From Sphagnum compactum (lineage: Eukaryota), in the NCBI GenBank assembly GCA_965153455.1, contig OZ234493.1, forward strand, positions 35,888,213 to 35,952,212: a DNA stretch of 64,000 nt, read 5' to 3'. Shown piece by piece: positions 40,691 through 53,767 of the stretch. A model generated the notes under the pieces. That model saw only the letters and a program-made list of their open reading frames with translations. It searched no databases and was not told the origin of the DNA. A program made the translations under genes and the position numbers. The stretch's first letter is position 1. Each line of letters opens with the position of its first letter.

Positions 40691-42514
40691 AGATTGTTTG
40701 ATTTGTCTAGAATCATGGTTTTTTTAAAAACTACCAATTGCATCTTGTGAAGGCAAAGTTTTCTTTTGAAATGCTTATATTTGTTTTTCCAAAAATGCAA
40801 ACTTGTATGATTTTTGTATGCATTATATGAGTTTAGGAAAAAAATTTAAGTCTAGTTATGAAAGCCATCCCTGTTGGGTTGTGTGGATGTTGGGTTGGAT
40901 GTCTCAAAATTGGGAGTTGTTTGTGGGATGTTTATGTGGGTGCAAAACTCTTCTATTACATGGGCAAGACCTTTCAAAGTTGGGTTCAATTCCCTTGGAG
41001 GAAATGTTTATTTGTGTGTGTGTGTGTGTGTGTATGAATTTTTAAATCTAATAATTTGAAGTGTAGCCCATGCATCTACCTTGCATTCATGCTCATCGCA
41101 ATTTTGTAGACATGGCCACATATTGAACAAAAAATTGCCACAACTCTCAAACACCTAAAACCAATGTTACTACCACTATCAAAATAACATAACCAAATTT
41201 GTTACCCTAAACTCAAATTCTATGACCAAATCTGCGACCATTCAACAATAAAATAGCTTTGATACCATTAAATGCTTTTTCCTCTATAGCCAAATATGTA
41301 GTCAAAAAACAAAGTTATCACAAAATGAGCTCCAATGTCACTACAAAAGCAACCAATCTAGCAATTAAATTATGTGATTTTGAAAAAAAAACACTTCATA
41401 TATATGCCATAGCTATATCACATATTAAGCTTTCCATTTCTCATTTTTTTGTTGTGGACGAAAACATATCCATTTTGTGTGTGGATAAAAAAGGTGAGAT
41501 GTAGGGTGAAAACATCCTTGGGAGGTACCATTATGAACCCCTTTACTATAATCAAAGGAAAGTTGAACCCGATTTAAAATGTCTAATTGTTTCTACTTAT
41601 ATGTTTTAGTCTATTTGCTTGCACCATGTGGGCAATGTCTTCCCTACGATGAACACACCTATAAAATTTTATAAACACCTATACACCTATATTATGTATT
41701 GGCATTTTAAGAATTTTCAATCTTGACCTTTTATCTTCAAATGCCCTTCAAATTACATATGATTTGTTTTTTCTTTTATCTAGTACATGCCAAGGGGAAT
41801 GGCCCCAATTAGTCATTGAGACAGTAAAAGGTGATAATAACTATTCATTGTGTTCCTAACATTGATGGCCCTTTAGGACTCTTTGTTCATTTATGCAAAA
41901 ACCTCGATTTTATGATTACATTTGTGATTACATTTGAAATCATATAAGCCACTCACAACTACATGACTATGAAATCAACCATATTCGTAGCTTATGCCAT
42001 CTAGTCATAAACATGGTTGTAGTTGTAAATGTCAATCCATGTGGCCTCCATGAATGTGGTCCTATTGAACATATGATTAAATACATCATTAGACATATGA
42101 CTATAGATATGACATGTGGTCCTTACTCAAACTAGCATAGCCTAGTCTAGCTACCATACCTATCTACCCACCTACCTACTAACCTAGAAAATTCTAAACA
42201 TAAATTTAACCTCGTTTAACTTAACTTAGCCCCCCAAGCATGTAAATAGGTTTTTAAGTATAAAAAGTTGAACCTCTCACATCCATAATGAAAAATCAAT
42301 TCTTTAATCAATGCATTGCACATTCACACTTATAATTTTTGTCAACATATGATTATGAATATGTTTATTTTGCATCTTTTTACATTTTCTATATGTAAAT
42401 AGGCATGAAGGAAGGTAGGAGGTAGGCGGCTTGTAGGTAGGTAAATGGTCAATATTTCAATACACTTTTAGTTGCAACCTACTAATATAGTACCTACTTA
42501 CCACCTATTTTCAC

Positions 42515-43429
42515 TATCGCAACCTTAACATTGGGTTCGCGACTAAAAGTGAAGTCCAAAGGCCCATGAGGGCAAGAGTGTGTTTAGGTGCGAAACAAAC
42601 TTTCACAAATGAGGGAAAGTGCAAGGGATTAAGCCCAATGACTCCCAAATGCACTCCCACTTTGGAAGTTGCACTCGTGTGGGAGTTGTGAATGTTCAAA
42701 GCCTTGGTTGGAAAGGTAAACAAGCACCAAATTGGGCCCCCAGGACACCATTAGAAAGGTATTGAACCTTAAATGCTTCAAATGCCCTTTCATTGTTCAT
42801 TTAAACCTGATTTGCATGAGTTATGATCAAAAGAAGGGGCAGGAGTCAAATTGGGAATTTGACTCCCGACCACAAATCCCTTGAAAGCAGGGGTCAAATG
42901 AGGTCCGATTGGAACATGTTATACACGATTGAAAATATATTTTCAAGGGCTATAAGATATTGCCCTCACACTTTTTCAAAAAAACTTAATTTTGAGAAAG
43001 ATATGAGCATCCAAAGTTTTGGGACAGAAAGAGTCCCAGTTTTGAGACTCCACTTGGGAATCCCAGGAAATAGTGATATTTGGATGTAATCCCCATGGAG
43101 AGGCACATAGTATATTATAGGGAGGGGAATGGTGCCTCCTCCCGAAAGTTGCAGGCCGTGTGAAGCTTGTGTTTGAGATTGTTCTTACTAAATCTGCCGC
43201 ACCACTTCCATTCGATTTACATTAATCGTCCTCTTTTGTTGGTTGTGTAGGTTGATATCATCTTGAACTCTTGCTTGTGAATTCCTCCTAGTTCCATCCC
43301 AAAGCTCTAGCACGCCCTCCTACCCCTGAAGTGTTACGACTTAAAAAGCATGCCTCAACTCTCTTCTTTTTCTGTTGTTTCGTTCTAGGACCCACCTTTG
43401 GGTTCCTTGAAGAGTTTGGGGGCACGTCA
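42515..43429 (+). mobile_element. Solo LTR (915 bp) with 5-bp TSD
   Basis: TTCAC|TATCGCAACC... ...GGGGCACGTCA|TTCAC; TA (likely mutated TG)...CA ends; inserted into a CCTACCTA-rich repeat. Confidence 0.85.
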
Positions 43430-44541
43430 TTCACCAATTTACATGCATACCTACAACCTACCTATAATAATTATTTACCTACTTATCGACGTACCTATTA
43501 CCAACCTACATAGGTTAGGCTTGTCTAACCTACCTATCCCCAACCTACCTAATATAGCCTAGGCTAGCCTACCAAACCTTATAACCTAACCTATTTACTT
43601 TAATGTACCTAACTTACCTAGCTTTAATTTATGCATTAATAGTTTGATTCTGATATATAACAATTAAATTAACCTCAAAATGATCAATATTACATAGGTA
43701 ATCGTATTTATGACTATGATCATTAATTATAAAGGCACTAATGTAATTTGATTGTAGTCCTTGATTGTAAGGTCATGTAATCATATATATGACTATAATC
43801 ATTATTTGTAATGTATTGTAATCATGTAGTAATAAACATGATAGAGATTAATTGACCCTACCAAGGACACGTCTGCCATGACTATATGATTAAAAATAAG
43901 ATAGTAACAAAAATGTCTTTGTCTTGAATGTTAGATTTTGGCATAATGACAACTAAATAATAATTGCTTGAATCAAATATTAATTAAAGGAATCCAATAG
44001 AAGGGCATCTCCTAAAAAGAGGCTGAGAAAAAAATTATGAAACTACAAGAACTTTTTGTGTTCTTGACCAAAAGAACCATTTGAATGACATTTTTGAGAC
44101 TTTTTCCTAATGCATTCGTTGCCCACATCAAAATTCGAATTTTTATTTATCTAATTAGATTTTCAAATATTATAAAACTTGAAGAATGTATTCATAAGTG
44201 TTTTTTAGCAAAAAAAAACCTTTCATAAACGTGACATTCATTGTCTTTAAAGTTCAATGTGTAACAAATTGAGAGTGTCAAGTTCCTACTGGTACCACAC
44301 AATGAAACTTTTGCCTCCCCACCACTATTGAATAGGTGATGGATGTAAAGGATGTTGATTATGTGTAGCAATCAGCTTAAGGCCATTAGTTATTGGAACT
44401 CGTAAACATTGTCAACTATCTTTCAAAACTTTCCTCTCACTAATTATCAAGTCCACCACATTGTGTGTATTTTTGGAGGACCTTGCATATAAGCTTGTGT
44501 TTGTTGCTAGTTGTGATATTTGTTGTCACCAATTAAAGATA

Positions 44542-44953
44542 TCTATGTAGTAATGGAGGTTGTTTGTGGCATTGAGCTTTCCCAAACCATCTAGTGCCCC
44601 TTACTATGCACTTAGCACTATTTGAAAGGATGCATTGAGGTGGTTTCATAACGTTTAGACCTATGATACAAGGGGTATTGAAAATTGAACACTTGTTGCA
44701 ATTGAAAATTGAATAAAATCAAAACTGGAAATTTTAAGGAAATTGGGGCTTGTTTTTGGTTTTGGTAAGCCCTCAATTAGTGGGTTGTATGGAGATGATT
44801 TCATCAATTTTAAACCTAAGATGTGAGAGATATTGAATTTTGAACAGTATTTTCATTGGGATTTTGTCAACTAAATTACAAAAACTAGATTTGAAAGGAG
44901 AAATTAATTAAGTAATGAATTCACACTTAGGCCAATGGCATAGGCCACATTAG
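44542..44953 (+). mobile_element. Possible non-autonomous Helitron
   Basis: A|TCTATGTAGTAA start; ends GGCC-N9-GGCC ACA TTAG|T (a CTRR-like end after a weak hairpin); inserted between A and T. Confidence 0.4.
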
Positions 44954-46965
44954 TACTATGCAAAGGATATCATCCGTACAAATGAGAAGCCAACAATGTT
45001 ATGAAATAGTTGGGTTGATGATCATGCCCAAGAGTACTTAGCCAAATTTGGCTAGAGGTTAAAGGGGGAAGTAGAAAACTTTAAGATTCCTCTTATAATT
45101 TGGTGACTTGTAAGAAGCTATTCTTTAAATATGGTAACCTTAGATTTGTTTTCCCTCATAATATTGTACAATGACATACACTTGAACACCTCATGTTCAA
45201 TTTTATTTTATTTGCTGAAATGATTCAGTTGAACACTCCAAAATTAATTTATTAGGATTTGAACACACACACAATGAATCAAAAAATCAACTCGAACTTA
45301 CCATTGACTTACTACAACTTGAACTTATCATTGAAAAATCGATAATTATATGACATTTTGAACAAATCTTGCAAAGAGTTGGTGGGATTTGAGCACTTTT
45401 TTGTCCAATAATTTTCTGATTTTTTGAACTCTTTCCAAATGATTAATTAGTGTTCAAGTTTATAGTATTGGATAGTGTGGTGGCTTGGGCCCATTTTTTC
45501 CAAAAGAACTCCTTTGTACCTTTTGCGCCTTCCTTCTTTTCTTTCTCTCTCGTTATATATGGTGTAAAAACTTGCCCAAAAAAATAGATTGGAAGTCAAT
45601 ATTCTTGTACCTTTTCAGGTTTGACCACATATATATATATATTAGCCCATCAAGAGTCAAGGAAATTATTTGCATGTCCATATTGAAATTTGGGAACTTG
45701 AGGCAATTGGGTAGGCTATATCTAGGGTCTATATTTTATTATTTTTTGATTTCCACCACTCAATATTTAATAAGTAATTTATCAATCACTTACCTTGTCA
45801 ACAACTCTCATGTGTATTACTATAACTCACTTAAATTGTTGAATAAAGTCCTCGAGACCTTGTTAGTTGTAACTAAGAAGAATTGTGACGACGAGGATGA
45901 AAACAAAAATTGTGCAATATTTCTTTTCTTTTCAAAAAATGAAATAATAATTATTCAACACTTGAGCACCAAACCCAAGAAGGTACTATGGTATCTATAT
46001 AAATATAAATTATGTCCTAGTATTGTTGAAGACCATACAGCCACCTGACAACCTTGGGTAGTAACTAGCAGAGTTCTTCAACAAATCTCAAAAGCATGGG
46101 ATTGTTTAATAGCACGACACACACCCATGATTTCCTCAATTCGCAGTTTAGATCTTCTAGTGCTGAGGAGTTGTGGGCTTCCATTTCCCCGACCATCTTA
46201 GAGTTCAAAAGATTGTACCCAATTGAGAGTGCTTAGAAGCACGACATATGTTGTTAGCATATGTTGTTGTGAACGGTAAAGTAAAGTTGTGTTGTTTTCA
46301 GAAGCTTCGAGACAAAAAGCTGACAAAAAGAACATAACTGGTTATGTACTCAGATTACTTACTAATGGACATATCAAATTTTGAAAGATGTGAACATGAG
46401 TCAATAAACCCTAAACCCTAAACCATTGTTGTGTGTGGTCATGAGTCAAGACTCCATATATGATATGATGCAAGCTTTTTAGTCTGCACCCATGTCTTCA
46501 ATTGAAGAAATTGACATCCTTCCTTACTAACCATGTGATTAGGGTTCAGGATGAGATGGATGTCAAGATGCCATTTCCTCAGGGCCATTCATTGCAGACT
46601 ACCATAGTGTACATGAGTGTGGCTTGGGGGCGTAAATTAAATTATTTTTTGTTATTTTGTTGAAATTTTGAATCTTTCTACTTTGTTGGCCTACCTACCC
46701 TATTTGAACATGATATAAAAAAAATCTGGTGATTTGTCTGAATTTTGTTTTTTTTCCCCAAAATATGGTGATATAAATCCCCAAAAACCACTATTAAATT
46801 TTTTTTAATTAAAAAGTTTTCAGCAAGTGCCCCAATGTTCACCATTTAAAAAATAAAAAAAAAGGAGACTGCAGGTACTACTACTGGGTTCCAATTGCCA
46901 GCAGGCTTAACCCTAATGGAAGTAGTGGGCCACCAAGGTCAGTTTTTTGGGAGCCACAAGCCCTC

Positions 46966-46988
46966 AACCCTAAACCCTAAACCCTAAA
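46966..46988. repeat. Interstitial telomere-type (AAACCCT)n / telo-boxes; also at ~21400, ~46406 and ~47357
   Basis: AACCCTAAACCCTAAACCCTAAA here, with 2-copy versions at the other sites. Confidence 0.7.
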
Positions 46989-49900
46989 TACCTAATCTGG
47001 AAATATTGCTCAATGTCTGGGACAAAACTGCATCAAAAAAGATCTCCAAAATCAGGGAGTTGCTCTGCAAGAATTTTGCAGCTTTTTTTTTTCCTTTGAG
47101 TCAGCAAGAATAATTAATTCCCTGTTATGTTAATCCCAAACACCCAATGATGAAAAATCCCATAATGTGCGGTTTTTTTTATTAAAAAAATTTAAAATTT
47201 TAATTTATTAATTTTAATTTCAATAAATTTTAAGCACAAATATTGATACTTGGTGGGTCCCAATTATATGATGAGAACCGGATATTTGAATATCCTGGGA
47301 CCTGTGCAAAACAAAAGTAAGTAAGTAACTACTTCCAAAAAGGAAGGACACACAGCCCTAAACCCTAAACCCTACACACAACATGGAGTCCAAACCTGAT
47401 CTGGTAACCCTAGCTCTGGAGGTCTCTGGCAAGGCTTCATAAAATTTTTTGTCAACAATGAATGGCAGGCAGAAGCCACTTATTAGACTTTGTGAACTGA
47501 ATCCACCAAAGCACACAAAAATGGTTTTTAACCACCATTTTGTCCACCACCTTTTTTTGTGGCATGCAAAGTCCCTGGTAGTAGTAGGTCCCTTCTTCCC
47601 AGAGAGCCTCAACAACTTTGAACAAGAACAAACCGTCCACCACCGTCAGTAAGTCGGCTGGCTGGCTGCATGCACAACAAGCTTTGCAAATCCCAGCTTG
47701 CGATTCTCTCGTTGTCAAAAGAGCTGTGTTGGACCAGTGACAAAAAATAAACAACAACAAAAGAGGCAATTAATTAAACAATGGGTTTTTTGAAGCGAGA
47801 AAGTGCATTCTGGACAGCAGGTTTTGTTTGCATTAATTGGAGATACAACATAAAATAGCAGCAATGCATACAAAACAGTTCAGCTAGAACAGCAGCAATG
47901 TTGTTGATATCATGCAGCAGCATGCCTGCCTGCCTGCAAGCAAAAAAAATATTGTTGATTCATCAGTTGCAGTTGAGTCGGTGCTGGACTTTGAGGGAGA
48001 AGGAAGGATTCAAATGGGTTTTTGCTTCCAAGAACTTTTTGGCAACCAAAGCAGATGGCAAAATTATGAGTCAATCACTCTGCAACTGTCATGGACAAAT
48101 GAGCACTGCTTATAAGCCAGCTTTTATTATGTACATACATTGAAGAGTGCACACACGAAGAAACACGAGTTGGTCGGTGGTGTTCACTGTGGAGAAGTTA
48201 CTTGACATCAAAATCCTTAAAACTTGATTTTTAAATAAAATTTTAAACTAAAATTGAACCCCTAACAAATATAATATCAATCATTCGACTATTTTGAAAT
48301 CCATATATGAAACTTGTTTTCTTGTGTGAAAACATGAGTTTCACTTTAAAAGTTCATAAAAAGGTTTTAATTTTGTAAGTTATGCATAGCAACCACCTAC
48401 ATTATATGCATACTCAAGTTAATGTTTTCAAATTAAGTCACTATTAAAAAAATTTGGCACGTAAACTAAAAATTAACCATTGCATTTATACTCACATCAC
48501 AAAAAATTGTTATTGTGACATGAAAAGTGATCCACCTAAGCTTGCATTGACCCTTTATTTATACATAAAAAATAATTTCTTCACTTTTATACAACTAATT
48601 TTCATGTTGTATAAATGTTGTATTACGTTACATTAATAATAATGTAATAAAAATAAAGTTGTAAGACATTAATATTGCTTTACATTCTCTACCATTTTAG
48701 GTGTTTAAGAATAATAATTCATTTAACTTATTCCTTTTATTTTCTTACAAGCATAAACTACAGGTATAAATAATGAAAATAAGAATTAATACAAGTGGAA
48801 TCATATTATTTAATTTTTAAAAATTTATGATTATAATTTTTTTAAAATTAACATTATATAACCTTGGATTCATCCAAAGCTTTCCTTTCCTTGGTCATGG
48901 GGTTCTAAAATCAATCTAATCAATTTCTTGATACTAAGATCAATATTGGTATGTATACCAAATCCATCAATATATCCACCCAACATAAAAAACAACCACC
49001 TTCCAATTCTCTTTCACATACATTCCAAAAAAAATCACATTCATTAAAAAAACAATTATGGGAAGGTTGAACTTTGAACCCAAGAGGGAATACTCGCCCT
49101 CATATGTAGCCATCTCCACCCATACCTCAATTATATGATATGGGTTTGGCAATCATACTAAAGGTTTTTATTCGTCTCCATCTCTTGAATGGTTGTCATT
49201 GTAGCATATAGTCTATGCTAGTGCTTTTGATGTATATGACGTTTCACAATGTGTGCACTAGTGTTGGGCAAACTTATGGTACTACCTTGTTTTATACTTG
49301 GTTATTGTGAATTTGAATAACATGGTCAATGACAATCCCAAAAAGGTTTGAAGTAAGACCTTCATGTTTATAGGAATACGTGAGGACTTGAATGTATAGG
49401 GGGTGGCGTTCTTGTGTGGGTGTAATGAACATGGCAAAGCCCAAGGGTGAGGGACATTTTCAAAATGCAAACTTGGACTTGGCTCAATTCAAACCTAATG
49501 TTAGTCAATTTTCTATTAGCTTTCATTTAACATTTAGGTTAGCATCTAACATATGATAACGTAACATTAAAATTAATATAACATGGCACCTATTATATAC
49601 ATCATTCACATCTATTATGAAAAAGTTGCACAATGTTGACTTATCAATGTCATAGGTAGCTTCCATTGTTGTCAATTCACACCTAAAAATGCAAGGTACA
49701 TCTCCTCCCCCTCAATTGCTTCACTCTCATCTTGCATTCCAATCCTCTTTAAACATCTTCTATGTTTTTGTTTCTTTGATCTTTACATGACATCTTATGT
49801 TTCTTATTTTCACGCAATGTAGTTCCTTTTAGCCTTCTAAAGTTGTTTGGTTTTCAAATTGATCATTTTCAACTCTTGTTACTTTTGTTTCTTCAATCAC

Positions 49901-50044
49901 TACACAACTTCTTCTATTTCTTGTTTCCATGAATTGTAGTTCATTTTAACTTTCTAGAGTTTAAATCAATTGTAACAAGATTTTTACTATTGTTTGTTTG
50001 ATTACTTGGTTTTATCAATGATTTTAGAATATTAAAACAATAAC

Positions 50045-50360
50045 CTCTATATAGAAAGCTTCGTATAAAGGTTTGTTCAACATGGATAGGGGCACATGTA
50101 CTAGTATTCCTTTGTATCTTCTCAATGAGAAAAGTTACCTTTTAATTTCTTGGATTATGACTCCATTCAAAAAGAAGAGTCAACACATTATATTTCAGTT
50201 GCTTTATAATTAAAAGCACAAGTGTGGGTGTTTTAGTATCAAAAACATATTCAGAATTCTAAAAAAATAAATTGAAAGGAATTATTGGAGAAGTTCAAAT
50301 TCCATTTCTTTTGTTCCTAATGTGTTCATATGTGTTTGCATCTTACACAAAATGTTGGGG
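50045..50360 (+). pseudogene. PIF/Harbinger DDE nuclease (HARBI1/DDE_Tnp_4-like) relic
   Basis: GLFNMDRG..IPLYLLNEKSYLLISWIMTPFKK...LLYN*KHK.G..IKNIFRILKK...FVPNVFICVCILHKML resembles the family pattern YLLGD.GYPL..W.MTP...YN..H...R..VE.AFG.LK...CC.LHN. Confidence 0.7.
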
Positions 50361-51179
50361 TCTAAAAATGAATATCACATTCAATGACTAATGTAGAGTA
50401 TTGACTTTGAGTCACAAGCAAATCCTCAATTACAAGGAGATTTTCAACTAATACATCCTATGCATTTAATTGATATTGAATCGACACAATATGGCATGGA
50501 AGGTCAAGAGTAATCCAAAGAATTACTTCCAAGGGAACTAACCATTTATCTTGGCAAGTAACAAATTGTGGCCACATGAGTTGAGTATTTTTCTTCCCCT
50601 ACCTTCTATTTTATCAATTCTAAAATGCACAATAATAGTTCAAGTGTCATTGTTCAACTCCAATTGAAGTTTAATAAAAAACTTGCATATAATTGTTCAT
50701 AGTATAATCTACATTGTCAATCATTTTGAGCGTATATTCTTTATCATTGAACTTGTAAATAGATCAATAAGGCTTTAACCTGTTGTTGAAAAGTTGTTAT
50801 GCATATTTATGTAGGGGTTCCAAATCTTGAATATTTATTAGCAGCATCTTGAATTTTGACATGTTGTTCGATGGTTGTTGTTGTTATACAAGTGTTACAA
50901 TCATGTTGGCATCGCTTCTATTAAACTCATCATGTTTGTGAGACTAGTATTTGCACTCATCAAGCCCAGTTAATGATGATTATTATTATAAATATTTAGT
51001 TAGTTGGATAGTCTATTAGTTAATTTTTAGTTTAGTTGTTAATTGATTAAATAAATTTTTATTAATTTAATTATTCTATAATTTATTAATTAATAGGTTA
51101 ATAATCTTATTAGTTAAGTAGTTAGCCAATTAATTAGCTAGTTAGTTAGTCACTTTAATTATATAATTCTCAAAAAATT

Positions 51180-51940
51180 AAAATGAGGATAAAAATATGG
51201 GATAAACTTTTTAGTTGCAAACTACTTGCAACTAAAAAGTTTATCCCATATTTTATCCTCATTTTCATTTTGAAAAGTATATAAATAAAGGGTTTTGCTT
51301 TACATTTTCATATTTAAAAACATGGGAATATGGGATGAGCTAATAAAAAAGGCTTAACAAAAAATAAAATATAAATATTCATGTACTTACACCTAATTAT
51401 TTACCTCCCTAACTTACCTACCTACCTTTCTACCTAGCTACCTAAGTAGATAGGTAAGTTGGTCCTATCTAGATAGGTGTTTAGCCTAGATGGGTAAGTA
51501 GTTCAACCCACCTATTTAAATATTGAGTTAATTTTATTTTGGATAAATTCAATTAATATGCCACATGGCAAATTTTTATTGCACCACATATCACAATCTA
51601 AAACCATCTAATCATAAAATTATAACGTTTTAGATACTTTCAAAATAAATTAAAATATTTTTAATTATTAAAAGTTGAAACATGTGGCAACACATAACTT
51701 GTTTCCAATGTTCACCAAAAAAATCACATCCTAGTTGCAAACGACAATACGAATATGATTAGTCAAAGGATGAAGGTGTATTTCATTGACTTTTTTTTTC
51801 ATCCAAACTTCCTTATCGTTTGTGACTAATGTCACATATGACTTGTCCAACATGATTATTAAAATTTTAGTTGCAAATGTCGCCTATAATTAAAAATTAG
51901 TTGTAGGGACCAATTACAAAATGGCCATTTTTTACTATTG
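51180..51940. mobile_element. Second copy of the CACTA-like repeat portion seen at 15300-16178
   Basis: Colinear similarity; ends ..TTTTTACTATTG (degenerate CTAGTG); lies between the two Harbinger remnants. Confidence 0.55.
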
Positions 51941-52559
51941 TTTACATCATCTTCACATCATTGTCTTTTGCCATGTAATAGTCCAACTATTTTTGCAACA
52001 TCAACTCTTGTGTTTTTGACCACTCCTTTGCAATGTCAAGCTTGGTTTTGACCCTTTTTTTAATGAAACTTGTTGTATTTAAGTATGATGGAACCAACTA
52101 TCATTTAATTTTCTTTTTCTTGTTACATTTGCCACACTTCTATGAACTAAAGAATTTTTTTTAATGCATGTACTCCCAACTAATCAACAAGAATCTTGTC
52201 CTTTCCTGTTGATTAGAGGTAACTTTACTAGATTGGGTTGTGGGATTTGCAAGGGGGCAATGGGCCTTCTTGATTTGCAATTAATTGTTTTTGAATTGGT
52301 TGTTTTGGAGTTGGGAATGGTATTGTTGATTTGGTGTCTTTGCAACTTGTGGAAGGGGGCATGGGCATCCAATCCTTAGTATTTGCATTGAGGTTGATTG
52401 GATCTTTTGGTGTGAGATTGTCTATTAGTTTGTATATGGTACCCATGTCATCCATCAAATCTCTAATGTGAGGTGTCTAGAAATTGGGTCTACTACCCAA
52501 AAATTCATGCATTTTGACATACCAATGTGGCTAAACTAATAAGGTAAATGTAACGTTAC

Positions 52560-52800
52560 TTATTCTTGAAGTTCAATGACCAATACTTTTCATTATGGCC
52601 CATTCTGGCATGTAATTGAATTTTTTAAAAAATTCACTTCTCAATGTTCCCCACTTGTCTTTGCAAGTGATTCTATTTTTCATATATTGGGAGTATCCTT
52701 AATGCACACATTCTTATGCATGTGTGATGAATGCATAAGAAGGTTGCATTAATCACACATGTAGCAACCTTCTCGCACTTCATGACTGTTGTTTGGAATT
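52560..52800 (-). pseudogene. Myb/SANT (trihelix-like) relic, probable Harbinger partner ORF
   Basis: Fragments KCEKVATCV, KNRITCKDKWGTLRSEF and MGHNEKYWSL; convergent with the nuclease relic; Harbinger-type TIR CATCAAGTGTGAATGGCCT at 53636-53654. Confidence 0.6.
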
Positions 52801-53701
52801 AATCATGAGGTCTACCTAGTCTAGAGCAACAATATGCTCTTGTCTCTTTGCTTCAATTAGTTTGAGAACTTTTGCATGCTCCTAATTCAGTTAGTGTGGT
52901 TTTTTGGATTACATTTCCAATGATATTGAATTTGGAGTTTGTTTCCTCTTGCCCTTGCTTGTTTTTCTTGTTGAAATGCCTTCATCATTGGGAGGTACCA
53001 ATCTTGAACAACACAATGAGACTTTAGTTCTAATTTGTATGTCTTTTGTGTTTGTGCAAAACTCTTTTAGCATTGAAACAAAATCATGAATGAAAGTTTG
53101 TAACAACAAGTCTAATGTATGTGTTTTGTGTTTGTGAAAAGTTCTTTTAGGATTAAAGCATAGTCATGAATGCAATATATATGAGACTTGAATGCAACAA
53201 GATTGGAATGCAAAGAATCTCAAGTGAAGTTCATCATACTACAAAAACATTATTGAACTTTGTTTTGCTCAACATTTTAGAAACATTTTTCATATTCATT
53301 TTGTGCTCCTCATGTTTCTTTCTTGTAAGAAATTACTATGGCATTATGCTACACTATGAAGTGACGAGGTGTGACGATGAAAGGGAGGTAGGGGGCAAAT
53401 AATGCATTAACATTTAATTATTCGATCATTTTCGATGATTTTACATAACATGAACTTTTAAATATAAAACGTAGGTAATCACCAAGATTTGGTAATAACA
53501 AATAACATGTCTAAGATTGACTTAACATGCACTACCTACAAGCCAACCACTTCAAATTTTAGGTTCAGTATTGGCCTATATATGAATGCCACGCTTTTTT
53601 TTACGTTACTTAACATTGAGTACTCAATCAATTATCATCAAGTGTGAATGGCCTCTTTATTGTGGGACCATCACCTTAACGCTTTACTAATCCTAAAACG
53701 C

Positions 53702-53767
53702 GAGGTGGACATTATCATGAACCAAAACATATGAGGTGGACATTATCATGAATCAAAACATATGAGG
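53702..53767. repeat. 31-bp tandem duplication
   Basis: GAGGTGGACATTATCATGAA(C/T)CAAAACATAT twice. Confidence 0.85.

Noticed and set aside
45485-46048. 187-aa ORF
   Set aside because: Non-ATG start, AT-rich low-complexity composition across repeat fragments and an (AT)n tract; no domain.
47640-47770. MIR535 precursor
   Set aside because: Only a partial complement is present; there is no opposing arm to form a hairpin.
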